Position numbers and translations under genes: made by a program. The notes beneath the pieces were generated by a model. It saw only the letters and a program-made list of their open reading frames with translations, did not search any database and was not told the origin of the DNA. A stretch of DNA of 64,000 nt from positions 62,001-126,000 of the forward strand of contig OW569365.1 in NCBI GenBank assembly GCA_937625935.1, read 5' to 3'. Position 1 is the first letter of the stretch, and every line of letters begins with the position of its first letter. This document shows, one piece after another, positions 1 to 10,230 of this stretch. This DNA comes from Tetramitus jugosus. Lineage: Eukaryota; Protista; Heterolobosea.

Positions 1-495
1 AGAAGAACTCTGTCGATAGTTTATCAACTTTTTTCGCCACAAACTCGTTATTTTTGATGCCAACATGAATCGCGTTACAATGACAGACAATGATCTCATT
101 GTCTGACAAACAATTCCTGTGAAATGACCCGAAATACCTTGTTCCTCTGTCGTCTTTGCCAACAGTGCACCAATGGATTGTTTCGGATCGGAGAATAGTT
201 TATAGTAGGACAATTTCTGTGCAGAAGGAGAATGATCAAATATTTCTCTAGTTGGACTGCTACGACTACTTATTGAATCTTTGTGCAGATCCTCATTGTC
301 TTTATCTTCTTCGCTTCTTTCACCCAATTCTTTCATTGCCATCACTTGTCGGAGAATTGTGATGCGATCAATCGGTTGTAAAATGGTGTCAACGATGATC
401 GATGGGATAATTTGGAGTGATGTGACAGTAATTGCGATGGCAAGGTAGGCATTCGCGTTATTGTTTGATTTGTTGGCGATCACTATCACTTCCAT
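1..495 (-). CDS. Mitochondrial carrier family (SLC25-like) protein, partial, runs off the window edge
   Basis: Not in the ORF track. Manual translation from ATG 495 is open to position 1 (MEVIVIANKS...). It contains QPIDRITILRQ (degenerate Px[DE]xx[KR]xRxQ) after a hydrophobic helix and EEQGISGHFTG ([DE]G...F[KR]G-like). Confidence 0.6.
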   Translation of the reverse strand, partial: MEVIVIANKSNNNANAYLAIAITVTSLQIIPSIIVDTILQPIDRITILRQVMAMKELGERSEEDKDNEDLHKDSISSRSSPTREIFDHSPSAQKLSYYKLFSDPKQSIGALLAKTTEEQGISGHFTGIVCQTMRSLSVIVTRFMLASKITSLWRKKLINYRQSSS

Positions 496-664
496 CTTGT
501 TATTGTTGTTTACGTATTGTTTTTGTTGTTGTTTGATGGTGAAAATGTTTTGGCTGATTTCCGCTCTTTTTTCCACGATTGTTCAACAAAGAGCCAAAAA
601 TAGAACGACGTACGAAAAAAACAAAAAACACTTGTTCTCTCTTAGCACAACAATATCAATAATC

Positions 665-1367
665 ATGGATCAATTCATTCATCAAATCAGAGGCCTATTC
701 ATATTGGACAATGAAGGAAAGCGTCTCTTTTCAAAAGTTTACAACACCAATGCCACTACGACTACTACTCCTATTGCCCAAGATCACCTAGAAAGAACAT
801 ATTTTGCAAAGACACAAAAATCGCAGAACCACGGTGAAGGTTTGTTTGATTGTTTTTTTGTTCGAACAAAAAGCTCTCACCAATAATAACATGTTGTCTG
901 ACTGACTTTGATCTTTTCATTTTTTGCTTTTACAATGATCATGATGAAAATATTGGTTGAAAAATGGAAAAATAGTGGATATATTTATTATGGATAATCA
1001 AATTTGTGTGTTCAAGCAAGAAGTTGACTTGTTTTTCTATTTGTACGCTGATGCAGCAGAGAATGAACTTGTCATGAGTGAAGTGTTGAGTTCGTTGATT
1101 GATAGCTTACAACTCATTTTCCGCAGTCAATTGGAAAAGAGAACATTTTTGGAAAATTTTGATTTGATTGTGTTGACTGTGGATGAGGCGATCGATGAGG
1201 GGCTCATTATGGAAATTGATGCGCAAACGATTGCACAAAAAGTCGTGAGCACAGAAACTGGGTTGACTAATGCGATTGGTGGAGATGAAGCTGATGCACT
1301 GAATCAAGTGTTCCACAGTGCCAAGGAACAAGTCTCTGAGATTGCAAGCTCTCTATTCTCATTCTAA
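665..1367 (+). CDS. COPZ1: Coatomer subunit zeta
   Basis: Exons 665-839 and 976-1367; the GT-AG intron restores the frame (NHGE-V-DIFIMD). Longin/adaptin-sigma motifs ILDNEGKRLFSKVY, ENELVM, LENFDLIVLTVDEAIDEG. Confidence 0.92.
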
Positions 1368-1620
1368 TATAATTAATCGTTAGCGGGAGAGAGAAACCCA
1401 GCAGGTGTTTCTATTCTGCTTTTATTTGTACCACCAAAAGAACTACTATTTGATTTACTTTTTATTAAAATATGTTGACGACGATCATGAGCCATCATGC
1501 TTTTTCACAGTGTGGCTTGGTGGTTGGTCACTTTGTTGTATCGGCATTTGCTAAGTTTGTTTAAGAAACACACTAAGACAGATGAAAAACTTGTATCGTT
1601 CTAAATCTTAATGTTTCATT

Positions 1621-2592
1621 TCACTCGTCATCTGACCCGGCATCTGAATGGTCATTTTCAGAGTAGTTTTCCCATCTTAAGTTTGCTGTTGTAATTGGTG
1701 GATGATTGCCCTTGCTGTCCACATCGTGAGGGAGTTCCTCTAAGAAGGCTTTGTATTCTTCAAGATCCTCCTTCTTGTTCAAGTCTAGAATCTTTCGAGG
1801 TGGGAAAGGCCATCGGATCACATCATAATCGAGTACCTGTGCTCTCTCTCTATCCTGACCAATCACGGAGCCATTGACCAACTTTGAGAATAGTTCAGCG
1901 TGGTTCATTTCTATAAAACGAATAATTTTGCTATGCACTGGATGAGTGATGTTACATACTTCCTTCAACGAGTGAAGAGTTTTATCAAACTCATGTCTGT
2001 GCAAGGCTTCAAGAAGCAGAGTAACGTTGCTAGCATCCGCTGTAAAACATCCAAGAAGTACATATGCACCATCGACCATCTTGGCACAATCTGCTGTGAA
2101 CTTAATGCAATCTCCAAGTGGAATTTCAATTCTTGAGGTAGGCAAAGAGATGAACATTTCCAAATCTTCCAGAGATGTGATGTCCCTCTCCAATGACTTT
2201 CTAACAATTTTCAAGATTTCTTCCTCATCTGTAATTTCTTCATACTTGAACTGGGATTCTTGAGTCCTGGAGCAAATTCTGAGGGACCACTCTTCATGGC
2301 GGTCTAGAGTTTTGAACACTCTCTTCTTTAGCCATTGATTTTGCAAGAAAAGAGACCGCTCATAAAAGGTATCCTCCACAGGGATCACAATGAATTGAGA
2401 TTGAAGTACCAATCTTAGAGCTTTCAAAAAGTTGAAATGAAAACCAAAGTGTGCTTTGAAGAGGGTGGCATTTGGCTTTTGTGCTCTGGTCATAGATAGC
2501 CTGGTCCTTACGATATCTATGAAGTTGTTGACTAGATCCTTAAAAGATGCTGAACGCCTATCTAAGGGCTCCACCTCAACCACAACTCTCAT
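1621..2592 (-). CDS. Hypothetical protein (323 aa)
   Basis: Uninterrupted ATG-initiated ORF with globular composition; no motif recognised. Confidence 0.65.
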   Translation of the reverse strand: MRVVVEVEPLDRRSASFKDLVNNFIDIVRTRLSMTRAQKPNATLFKAHFGFHFNFLKALRLVLQSQFIVIPVEDTFYERSLFLQNQWLKKRVFKTLDRHEEWSLRICSRTQESQFKYEEITDEEEILKIVRKSLERDITSLEDLEMFISLPTSRIEIPLGDCIKFTADCAKMVDGAYVLLGCFTADASNVTLLLEALHRHEFDKTLHSLKEVCNITHPVHSKIIRFIEMNHAELFSKLVNGSVIGQDRERAQVLDYDVIRWPFPPRKILDLNKKEDLEEYKAFLEELPHDVDSKGNHPPITTANLRWENYSENDHSDAGSDDE

Positions 2593-3127
2593 ACTCCTCT
2601 GAACAAAGTTGAGAAGTAATTTCGATCAATTTTAAGATTGTTTATCTTGCCCTTTTACGGGAAAAGTTCGAAAGAAAGGTTTGGACGGTTGTTTGAGCGC
2701 CGCTCATGTTATATTCTCTCGACCAAATTGTACTTGAAATGTTCGTCAATTGTATCGAACAGTAGAGACGTGCAACTCAACCCGATGAAGTGTCCTCACA
2801 TGCTGTCTCCCGAACTCACCTCATTGCTCAACTCCTTGTTTCTTATGATGGCTGTATCATTGTCGCCTGAACTTCTCTTCTGGCACCGTTTCAAAATATC
2901 AAACAAGGTGAATTGTGAGAGACGAAGAACAACCATGCCTGATCAAAGTTTTGGACATTTGCGGAGTCCGGAAAGAATTCCCAATCAGAAGCTGCATCCA
3001 GGATAAACTTTTTTTCTCTTTACCCAGAAAATCACTTTCCACAAATACAAGAAAAACGACATCAAAAACCTGCAATCGCAATCGCAATAGAGAGAGAGAC
3101 ACACCATCGATCAACACCCAACAAGAC

Positions 3128-5116
3128 ATGCACTGCCTCAGGCGAACAACAACAACTCAATCACACACAAAACATGTGTTTCAACAACATCATCATCATC
3201 ATCATCACTCTATTGATCCTCATCATCATGACATGAACAATCATCATTCTTCTCACAAGATCCATTCTTCTCCTCACTATCCACTCTCTTGTCATAGCTT
3301 TGCTCGTTACATTCACCAGCATCACCATCACCAACACTCTCATCTCTATCATCAAAAAAACACGACAACAATCACATCAATATCATCAATAACAACAACA
3401 ATACCAAACACCACTTCTAGAATAAAATCATCATCATTCACTAATAAACGAAGCATAGTTCACATGACAACATTTTACAAGCGAAAATTACCCAACAAAC
3501 TGATTGCATTCAGCAGTACGAGAGGCAAGGAAATTTTTAGAGAGGCTCTCTCACAAGGAACAATGGAAAATTTTTTTACCTTGTCGGAGAATCTTCAGAT
3601 ACAGAGTGAACCGGCGTATTGTGGATTGGGAACGTTGACCATGGTGTTGAACAGTTTACAGATTGATCCTGGTAGGAATTGGAAGGGTGTTTGGAGATGG
3701 TTCAGTGAAGAAATGTTTGATTGTTGTACGAGTTTGGCCACGATTCAGAAAAATGGATTGACGTTGGATCAGTTTTGGTGTTTGAGCAAGTGTAATGGTG
3801 CGGATTCGATATTGGTCAGACCGCATAAACAATTGGATCATCATGACAGCACCATGACTACTACTACTACTATGAGGGATAATACAATGGGTAGTGTTGA
3901 TGTTGGTAGTGGTGGTAGTGGTGTAGGTGTGGGTGTCGGTATAGGTGAAGATGAGTTTAGACAATTGGTCAAGAGAGCGACAGCATTCAAGTCATCAAAT
4001 CATAGTGTTGCTCATGCGAACAGTGGTGAATCACATGTAAAGTGCAGTGTCACTTGTGGATGTGGTCATTGTGGAAATGAGTGCACAGTGGATCAGAACA
4101 CGTTTTATCTGGTGGTGAATTTTGATCGAAAAGTGTTGGAACAGACGGGTGATGGTCATTTTTCAGTGATTGCCGGTTATCATGAGAGATCTGACATGGT
4201 GTTACTGTTGGAGACTGCGAGATTCAAATATCCATCCTATTGGGTGCCGTTGAGTGATTTGTGGAAAGCAATGGACAGTGTGGATTCAACGAGCGGTGAA
4301 ACGAGAGGTTATTTGATTGTGAGACAAGCTGCTGAAAACAATAGTTTGCTGTACACGATATTCCTGAATCATAAGGTGTCATGGAGACAATTTTCATTGC
4401 TGTTCAGTACACAAATCGTGCCCAATATACTGTTGAGTGATAAGAATCAAAAGAGTGACGGATTGAAGAATTTGCAGGATTTGTTAACATTGTTGATTGC
4501 TCGTTTACCGAATGAGATGGAGAGTGTTTTGCTCGAGTACTGTAGAACGTTGATGCTTGAAAGTATCATGTGTATGGATCATAAGACTGATCTGCCTGGT
4601 TTGTTGAATGATTTGAGACAGACGCCACTGTTTCCATTGGTACAGAATGCGTTCAAGGATGCACTTGAAATCAGACGGAGCGAAGGATCGACGACAGTTG
4701 ATTCGTTACATGCTGTTAACAATGATGCAACGACCACTACAACAAGCAATTCACTAGCTAATGACAATGATCAATGTACGATTCAATTCAAATCGATTTT
4801 TGATGCTCCTAGGTGTCCAGAGCTAATTGTATTGCTGTTGATGACTTGTCCTATTGATTGTTTGTCCTCTATTGTGCCTGGTCACATTTGGAAGGACATG
4901 CATGATCATTACAGAGATTTGGATCACTCTGTCACGTCAGTGAAACTTCGAGAAGAGATTGAAAAGATGAGAAAGTTGATACAAACACTGTGTTCCATGA
5001 AGACAAAGCCGGCAGGCAATGCAATCGCTGCAGGAATCCTTTCCCAGTGTTCCAACACTCAATGCTTGAAACGGTGTCACTCCTCGACAGGTGACGATCA
5101 CCTCGTCATCAACTAA
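3128..5116 (+). CDS. PCS1: Phytochelatin synthase (glutathione gamma-glutamylcysteinyltransferase)
   Basis: TFYKRKLP, QSEPAYCGLGTLTMVLNSL.IDPGRNWKGVWRWFSEEMFDCC, QTGDGHFS and ARFKYP.YW motifs plus a Cys-containing C-terminal region. First ATG 3128; alternative ATG 3464 at the start of the conserved domain. Confidence 0.93.
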   Translation: MHCLRRTTTTQSHTKHVFQQHHHHHHHSIDPHHHDMNNHHSSHKIHSSPHYPLSCHSFARYIHQHHHHQHSHLYHQKNTTTITSISSITTTIPNTTSRIKSSSFTNKRSIVHMTTFYKRKLPNKLIAFSSTRGKEIFREALSQGTMENFFTLSENLQIQSEPAYCGLGTLTMVLNSLQIDPGRNWKGVWRWFSEEMFDCCTSLATIQKNGLTLDQFWCLSKCNGADSILVRPHKQLDHHDSTMTTTTTMRDNTMGSVDVGSGGSGVGVGVGIGEDEFRQLVKRATAFKSSNHSVAHANSGESHVKCSVTCGCGHCGNECTVDQNTFYLVVNFDRKVLEQTGDGHFSVIAGYHERSDMVLLLETARFKYPSYWVPLSDLWKAMDSVDSTSGETRGYLIVRQAAENNSLLYTIFLNHKVSWRQFSLLFSTQIVPNILLSDKNQKSDGLKNLQDLLTLLIARLPNEMESVLLEYCRTLMLESIMCMDHKTDLPGLLNDLRQTPLFPLVQNAFKDALEIRRSEGSTTVDSLHAVNNDATTTTTSNSLANDNDQCTIQFKSIFDAPRCPELIVLLLMTCPIDCLSSIVPGHIWKDMHDHYRDLDHSVTSVKLREEIEKMRKLIQTLCSMKTKPAGNAIAAGILSQCSNTQCLKRCHSSTGDDHLVIN

Positions 5117-5274
5117 CTCTCTTCTCGCTCCCTCACATTCCCTCACTCCTCCTTCATAAATTATCTTCACACAGCCTCATCTGCTGCAATTTTCCCGAAT
5201 CTGTCCAGATAAATGTCCCACAAAAACATTGAAAAACATTGAAAAACACCAACAACAACAACAACAACAAATCA

Positions 5275-7272
5275 ATGGTGATCCATATTCAAGAATCTTC
5301 TTCTTCGTCTGTCAATCCTCCCCCAATCATCAAAACCAAATGTCTTCGGTCCTTTCACAATGGACCTCACATGCGGCTCATGGCTCATCACACCACCATT
5401 ACCACTACTACCACCACTACTACTACAACAAAAACAACTAATACTGGTAGCACTCATAGTGATCGTACAAGTAGTAGTGAAGAACAAGAAGAATCTTATT
5501 TCACCAATCATACTCTTGAACAAAAAAGACTCATTGTTTATCGAATCGAACAAGACCAATATACTACGAATAATACGAATAATACGAATAATAGTAATAG
5601 GAATGGTGATGACAGTGATCATGGTGATACGATGCCAGTTGAAAATAACAATAATAATAATAATAATAATCAGAACAGTTGTCTTGTGATTGATCATGTG
5701 GAACACTTTGCTTTTATTTCATGTTCTGATTCATTGATCAATCCATCTGTGATTCTCGCTTGTTGCATTTCCTCAGGATGCAACAATAGTGAAAGTGAGG
5801 ATGATGATGATGATGATGATTATTGTAAAATTGTCTTTTACAAGTATCGTCATTCTTTCAATCAAGGATATGAGTGGAAACAATTGAAAATTTCAAGTAT
5901 GAGCTTTACTCGTGATATAAATCGATTCTTGGACACGAATCAACAAGTACAGCAACAAGAGCTTGAAGCTGTTTCGTCTTCTTCATCTTCTTCACCTACT
6001 GCACCATTGGCGTACACTACACTCAAAAATATGAACGAGTGTAAAATGAAGCTCAATGCTGCCAGTCAGTGCCTCTTGTCTGCGACTCTAGACTTTTTTT
6101 GTCTGTATGTCAAGAATACGCAATCCATTTATGTTTGGTCAGTTCACAAGAGTAAGTATGATGAAAATGAAAGTGACAGTGATAAAAATAATAATGATGA
6201 AGATGAAGGTGATAGTTGTATTGATGTATCACTTGTGATGCAACTCGATATCTTTGCTAGCGTGTACAGTATTTGTATGTCATGGACACACATTATCGTG
6301 GGAAAAATCAACTCTATACAAATCTATAATTGGAGAGCTCTGCACAAGCTGAATGAGCGGAAAATACAGAACAGTAGCAGTCTAAAGAGTGGCGCGAAAG
6401 CTCAACCATCTAGTTTGGTGGGAAACAGGAAACCAACAACTTGTGTGAGTGGTGGCCATAGTAGCAGTAGTTGCTCAGTGGTATCGTCAGAGACCAATGA
6501 ACGAATGGGAAGAGCCATCTATCTGCCTAAAATTACAAAAGTTACAACAAGAGAAGCAAAAGTTAACGAAGCAATAGCAATTCAAGTTCCACAATCGACT
6601 GCAAGTACCAAGGCCTTGGAGATTTCTAGTCTTACGTCTCAAGTGAACGATCCTCCATCAAAGTTGGCCTCTGCTGTCCCTTCTGCGTCAAAGTCAAGCA
6701 CCAAGAAGAGAAAATCAAAGAAATCGAGTACTGCTGACGAGTCAAAGTCTGGAGATGAAGTCATTAAGGCTACTATCAGTCAACAAACCAATGAGACAAT
6801 CATTGAGATTGAAGCACTGTCCAATAGCAAGATTCTGATGCTATCGAATCTAGGAAACTTTTTTGCCCTGAATTGCTTGATGCCATTTGAGCGTGATGTC
6901 CTCATTCAACTCAATTGTCATGTTCAAGGAATCGGTTCATTGGCTAGCAATGGTAGTAGCAGTCGCGCCAGTGGTAATAGTAAACCAATTACTATGAATC
7001 ACTTTTGCTCCTATTTGGATCAATCAGATCTCATTGATAACAACGGAACAACAGCGATTGTCATCAATGAGTCAACGATTGCTCTAACAAGAATGAAGAA
7101 TGTTTTTGAGTCCATGGATCAACACAGTTCAGAGAATATTGAACTGTTGCCACACACTGTGATACATCATTCGGAACCAATCAGAGCTCTCACATTCCTC
7201 ACATCAGACAACTTGTTCCTCTGTTCAGGAGACAACAATCACATGTCCATGTCCCTTTATAATATGCAATAG
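5275..7272 (+). CDS. Hypothetical protein, possibly a degenerate beta-propeller with low-complexity inserts
   Basis: 666-codon ORF from ATG 5275. Beta-strand-like blocks (SIYVWSV, IQIYNW, HSEPIRALTFLTSDNLFLCSGD) are separated by N/T/D/S runs. Confidence 0.65.
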   Translation: MVIHIQESSSSSVNPPPIIKTKCLRSFHNGPHMRLMAHHTTITTTTTTTTTTKTTNTGSTHSDRTSSSEEQEESYFTNHTLEQKRLIVYRIEQDQYTTNNTNNTNNSNRNGDDSDHGDTMPVENNNNNNNNNQNSCLVIDHVEHFAFISCSDSLINPSVILACCISSGCNNSESEDDDDDDDYCKIVFYKYRHSFNQGYEWKQLKISSMSFTRDINRFLDTNQQVQQQELEAVSSSSSSSPTAPLAYTTLKNMNECKMKLNAASQCLLSATLDFFCLYVKNTQSIYVWSVHKSKYDENESDSDKNNNDEDEGDSCIDVSLVMQLDIFASVYSICMSWTHIIVGKINSIQIYNWRALHKLNERKIQNSSSLKSGAKAQPSSLVGNRKPTTCVSGGHSSSSCSVVSSETNERMGRAIYLPKITKVTTREAKVNEAIAIQVPQSTASTKALEISSLTSQVNDPPSKLASAVPSASKSSTKKRKSKKSSTADESKSGDEVIKATISQQTNETIIEIEALSNSKILMLSNLGNFFALNCLMPFERDVLIQLNCHVQGIGSLASNGSSSRASGNSKPITMNHFCSYLDQSDLIDNNGTTAIVINESTIALTRMKNVFESMDQHSSENIELLPHTVIHHSEPIRALTFLTSDNLFLCSGDNNHMSMSLYNMQ

Positions 7273-7659
7273 ATCACGAAAGACGAAGATGAGGCTTACA
7301 GAATACTGTAATTTTTTAAACGTCGCGGAGACATCTTTAATTTTAAAATGGTGAAATCTGGCTACGATGATGGTTGTATAAATTTACACTCTGGATCAAC
7401 CACGATCCCCATAAAGAGCAATAGCGGAACACCTTGCATTTTTTTTGGAACAAACAACACAGAGATGGATTCAGATGCATAAATTTTCTCTCGAAATATT
7501 GAGCCACTTATAGCCAACAGGTTGTTGCATGGAACTGATCTGTGTTGTGATGATGAAAATCTGAAGAGGTTGATCGCCAGTTGACTATTCCCTCTCTCCT
7601 CCTTCAGAAAACAATACAACATACTAAAAAAAATTTTCTCTTGTATTCCCAACAGACTT

Positions 7660-8436
7660 ATGGAATTGAACATGACATCTTCAACTGATACACAAATACA
7701 AACGACTATCGTCGATGAGAAATCTATTATCGATGAATTCACACCTACTCGCTCCAGAGAAACAACCGGTTGTGTGGGTGTTCTGGATGAAATAACACAT
7801 GAGGGCTTGGCACTGTGTGCAATTAACACGGACGACCAAGATATTGTGGATTCCATCGAACAAGCTTCGGTTGACAATCCATTACAAACAGCAACCACAA
7901 TAACCATTCAAACTCCCACGTATCATATAATTGAATGCAAAATTTGTTTCGAATCAGAAAACACAAAATGTCACTTGTGCATTTGTGAGAATAGTACAGG
8001 ACTGTGTGAGACTTGTGCCAATCAATATCTAAAGTCAAAAATTGAGAACAGCGAATATCCAATCAAATGCCCGTTCCCAGAATGCAGGAGACTGATACCG
8101 GATGCAACCATAGAGCATAATTTGGATGATTACCTCAAGAAGGTGTTTGTTGACTTGCAAGCAAAGGCGACTATTGAACTCTGTCCAAAGTGTCAGGAAC
8201 CAAAGCATCGGGGACTATGCACCAAGAACAACAAGCGATTTGTAAAGTCGGTTAGAAAGAACGGATACAAATGTTGTCCCAAGTGTTATCGGTGGATCGA
8301 GAAGAATGGTGGTTGCAACCACATGACCTGTGTCTGTGGTAACTCATTTTGCTACGTGTGTGGCGATCAGAGCTGCAGGTGTCATCTTAAACTAGCGGTT
8401 GTATCACGGATGAGAAGGAGATGTACGATCATGTAA
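7660..8436 (+). CDS. RBR (RING-between-RING) E3 ubiquitin ligase with C-terminal CaaX
   Basis: RING1-like CKIC...CETC...CPFPEC, shortened IBR-like CPKC..H..C, and RING2 CPKCYRWIEKNGGCNHMTCVCGNSFCYVC. Ends RMRRRCTIM. Confidence 0.85.
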   Translation: MELNMTSSTDTQIQTTIVDEKSIIDEFTPTRSRETTGCVGVLDEITHEGLALCAINTDDQDIVDSIEQASVDNPLQTATTITIQTPTYHIIECKICFESENTKCHLCICENSTGLCETCANQYLKSKIENSEYPIKCPFPECRRLIPDATIEHNLDDYLKKVFVDLQAKATIELCPKCQEPKHRGLCTKNNKRFVKSVRKNGYKCCPKCYRWIEKNGGCNHMTCVCGNSFCYVCGDQSCRCHLKLAVVSRMRRRCTIM

Positions 8437-8669
8437 TCACACGTCAAAAAAAAGAGTTTTCTGAGCTCAAAGCAACAATTGTTGAATAAACTCGTTGTTT
8501 TTGTTCCGAGTCCCAAACCGTGTACAATTAAATATATCAATTTTATCAACATGATGTTACAAATAGCTATGTATGTATGGCAGTCGCTTCCATCAGAGCG
8601 CACGAACAATCATCGTTGCCCAGATTTGTGACCGACTCACTAACTGACCTGGTCAATTGCACATGACAA

Positions 8670-9930
8670 TTACTTTCCAGTGACAACACCAGCCATCTTG
8701 AGTGCATTGCTACCAAAGTCAAACAATGTCTTAGTGTATGGCAATCTTCGTCTCAAGGTCTTAAATGTCTCACTCAAGTTGTTGCAAGAGGTCTCAATCT
8801 GGCTTTGGAAGTTGCCTTCAGCCTTGCTCAAGATCTTTGCGACATCTTCAGCCAAACTGGCACTAGAAGAAGAAACAGTCTCACCATACTCCTTGGAAGT
8901 GTTCAATTGAACGTTACCATTCTCATAGTAATGAACATTGACCTTCATGGAACCAGAAATCTTGACTTGATTTCCATTGTCCAAATAAGTGGCTCTGTAC
9001 ACGGATCTCCATCTTCCACTCCAAAAGTTCTTCTCATTAAACTTGCTGGCAGTGATACAAATGATGAATTCATCTTGACTCTCCTGAGATGGATAAACAG
9101 TGCTCAATCCACTCAAGTAATGGTCCTTGATGTAGGCATCAACAGCAGATTGAAGAGCTTCTCTGCGTTGCTTGACTTGAGAGCTTTCTTCACTGGTGTT
9201 TGGCTCAACAGAGGTCACAGTGCCCTTGGTGTGATCAACAACAAGAATTTGGTTCTTGTGTGGGTCCAAGTAGTGAGTAGAGTCAATCTCAGAGTACTTG
9301 CACAGAACAACCTTGTAGTCTGCGTTTGGTACCTCAACTGGAATCAATTGTTCGACATTGTAGGTGTGGAACACTTCAAAGGCACCTTGATTGAGAAGCT
9401 CGTCATTGGCGACCAATTCTCTTACATCTATTGTTGTTGTTGTTTATGGTGGTGTTTATGGTGGTGTTGTGTTGTGTTGTGATGGTCATGTCAAAAATGT
9501 GTGTGTGAGAATCAATGTTAGCTTTCATGGTTGATGATCATGTGTAAAAACGGGAAAAAAAAAGCATCATGAATGTCCAATCGTGCAAGTGAGAGTGTAG
9601 GAGGAGGAGGAGAGCTAGAGTCGGATTAGCTTTGATGTGCAGTAGGATCACTGGTGAATGACGGTTGAAAGATCAATCGTAAACATCATTTTTTTGGAGG
9701 GAAAATAGGAGAAATGACAGTAGTAGCTTTTGATGTTGGCGGCACATTTTGTTGTAGTAGAGTCGCTGATTCGGAGTCATGACGGCACGTGTGATTCATT
9801 TTTTCGATGCTGTAGTGCATAACATGAGAGAAATCATACCTGACAAGACATCCTCAAATTCACCAGGAGGGGAGCTCAAGAGGAAGTGGCGAACAATACG
9901 TAAAATATCTTGATCGGACAAGTCAGACAT
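8670..9930 (-). CDS. CAPZA: F-actin capping protein subunit alpha
   Basis: Exons 9930-9840 (MSDL...FLLSSPPGEFEDV) and 9427-8670, with a 412-nt intron. Motifs NFWSGRWRS, VHYYENGNVQL, LRRRLPYTK. Confidence 0.95.
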
Positions 9931-10230
9931 GTTTGTGGTTTTTTTGTTTTCGTTGTTTGTTTAGCTGGAAACTTAAATTTTTTTGATGATTTTGCCTCTT
10001 TGTTGTTTGCGAAGCAGTAGGAGAAAGGTTTGCTGGCGGACTATTGAGAATTGTTGTAACCCTAAAGGCTCGTCAACTTCATGTCGAAGCTTTTTTGATT
10101 TGTGATGGAGGGATCGGTCACTCGAAGTGATCCTCGACAACTTGAACTTTACGATTTTAGTGGTGTATTTTTACAGTTGCTGCTGCGATATCTCCTGAAG
10201 TCAGCTACAGTTTTTTTCTCGCGTATGAGA

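Noticed and set aside
2648-2663. GCCCTTTTAC resembling U5 snRNA loop 1
   Set aside because: Imperfect match, with no extended U5 stem or Sm site identified.
8805-9482. Long antisense ORFs (also 5272-5706, 21689-22210, 47996-48556 and others)
   Set aside because: Shadow frames of well-supported genes, produced by codon bias and trinucleotide repeats.
9428-9839. Long CAPZA intron as a snoRNA host
   Set aside because: No properly spaced C/D or H/ACA boxes seen on the sense strand.
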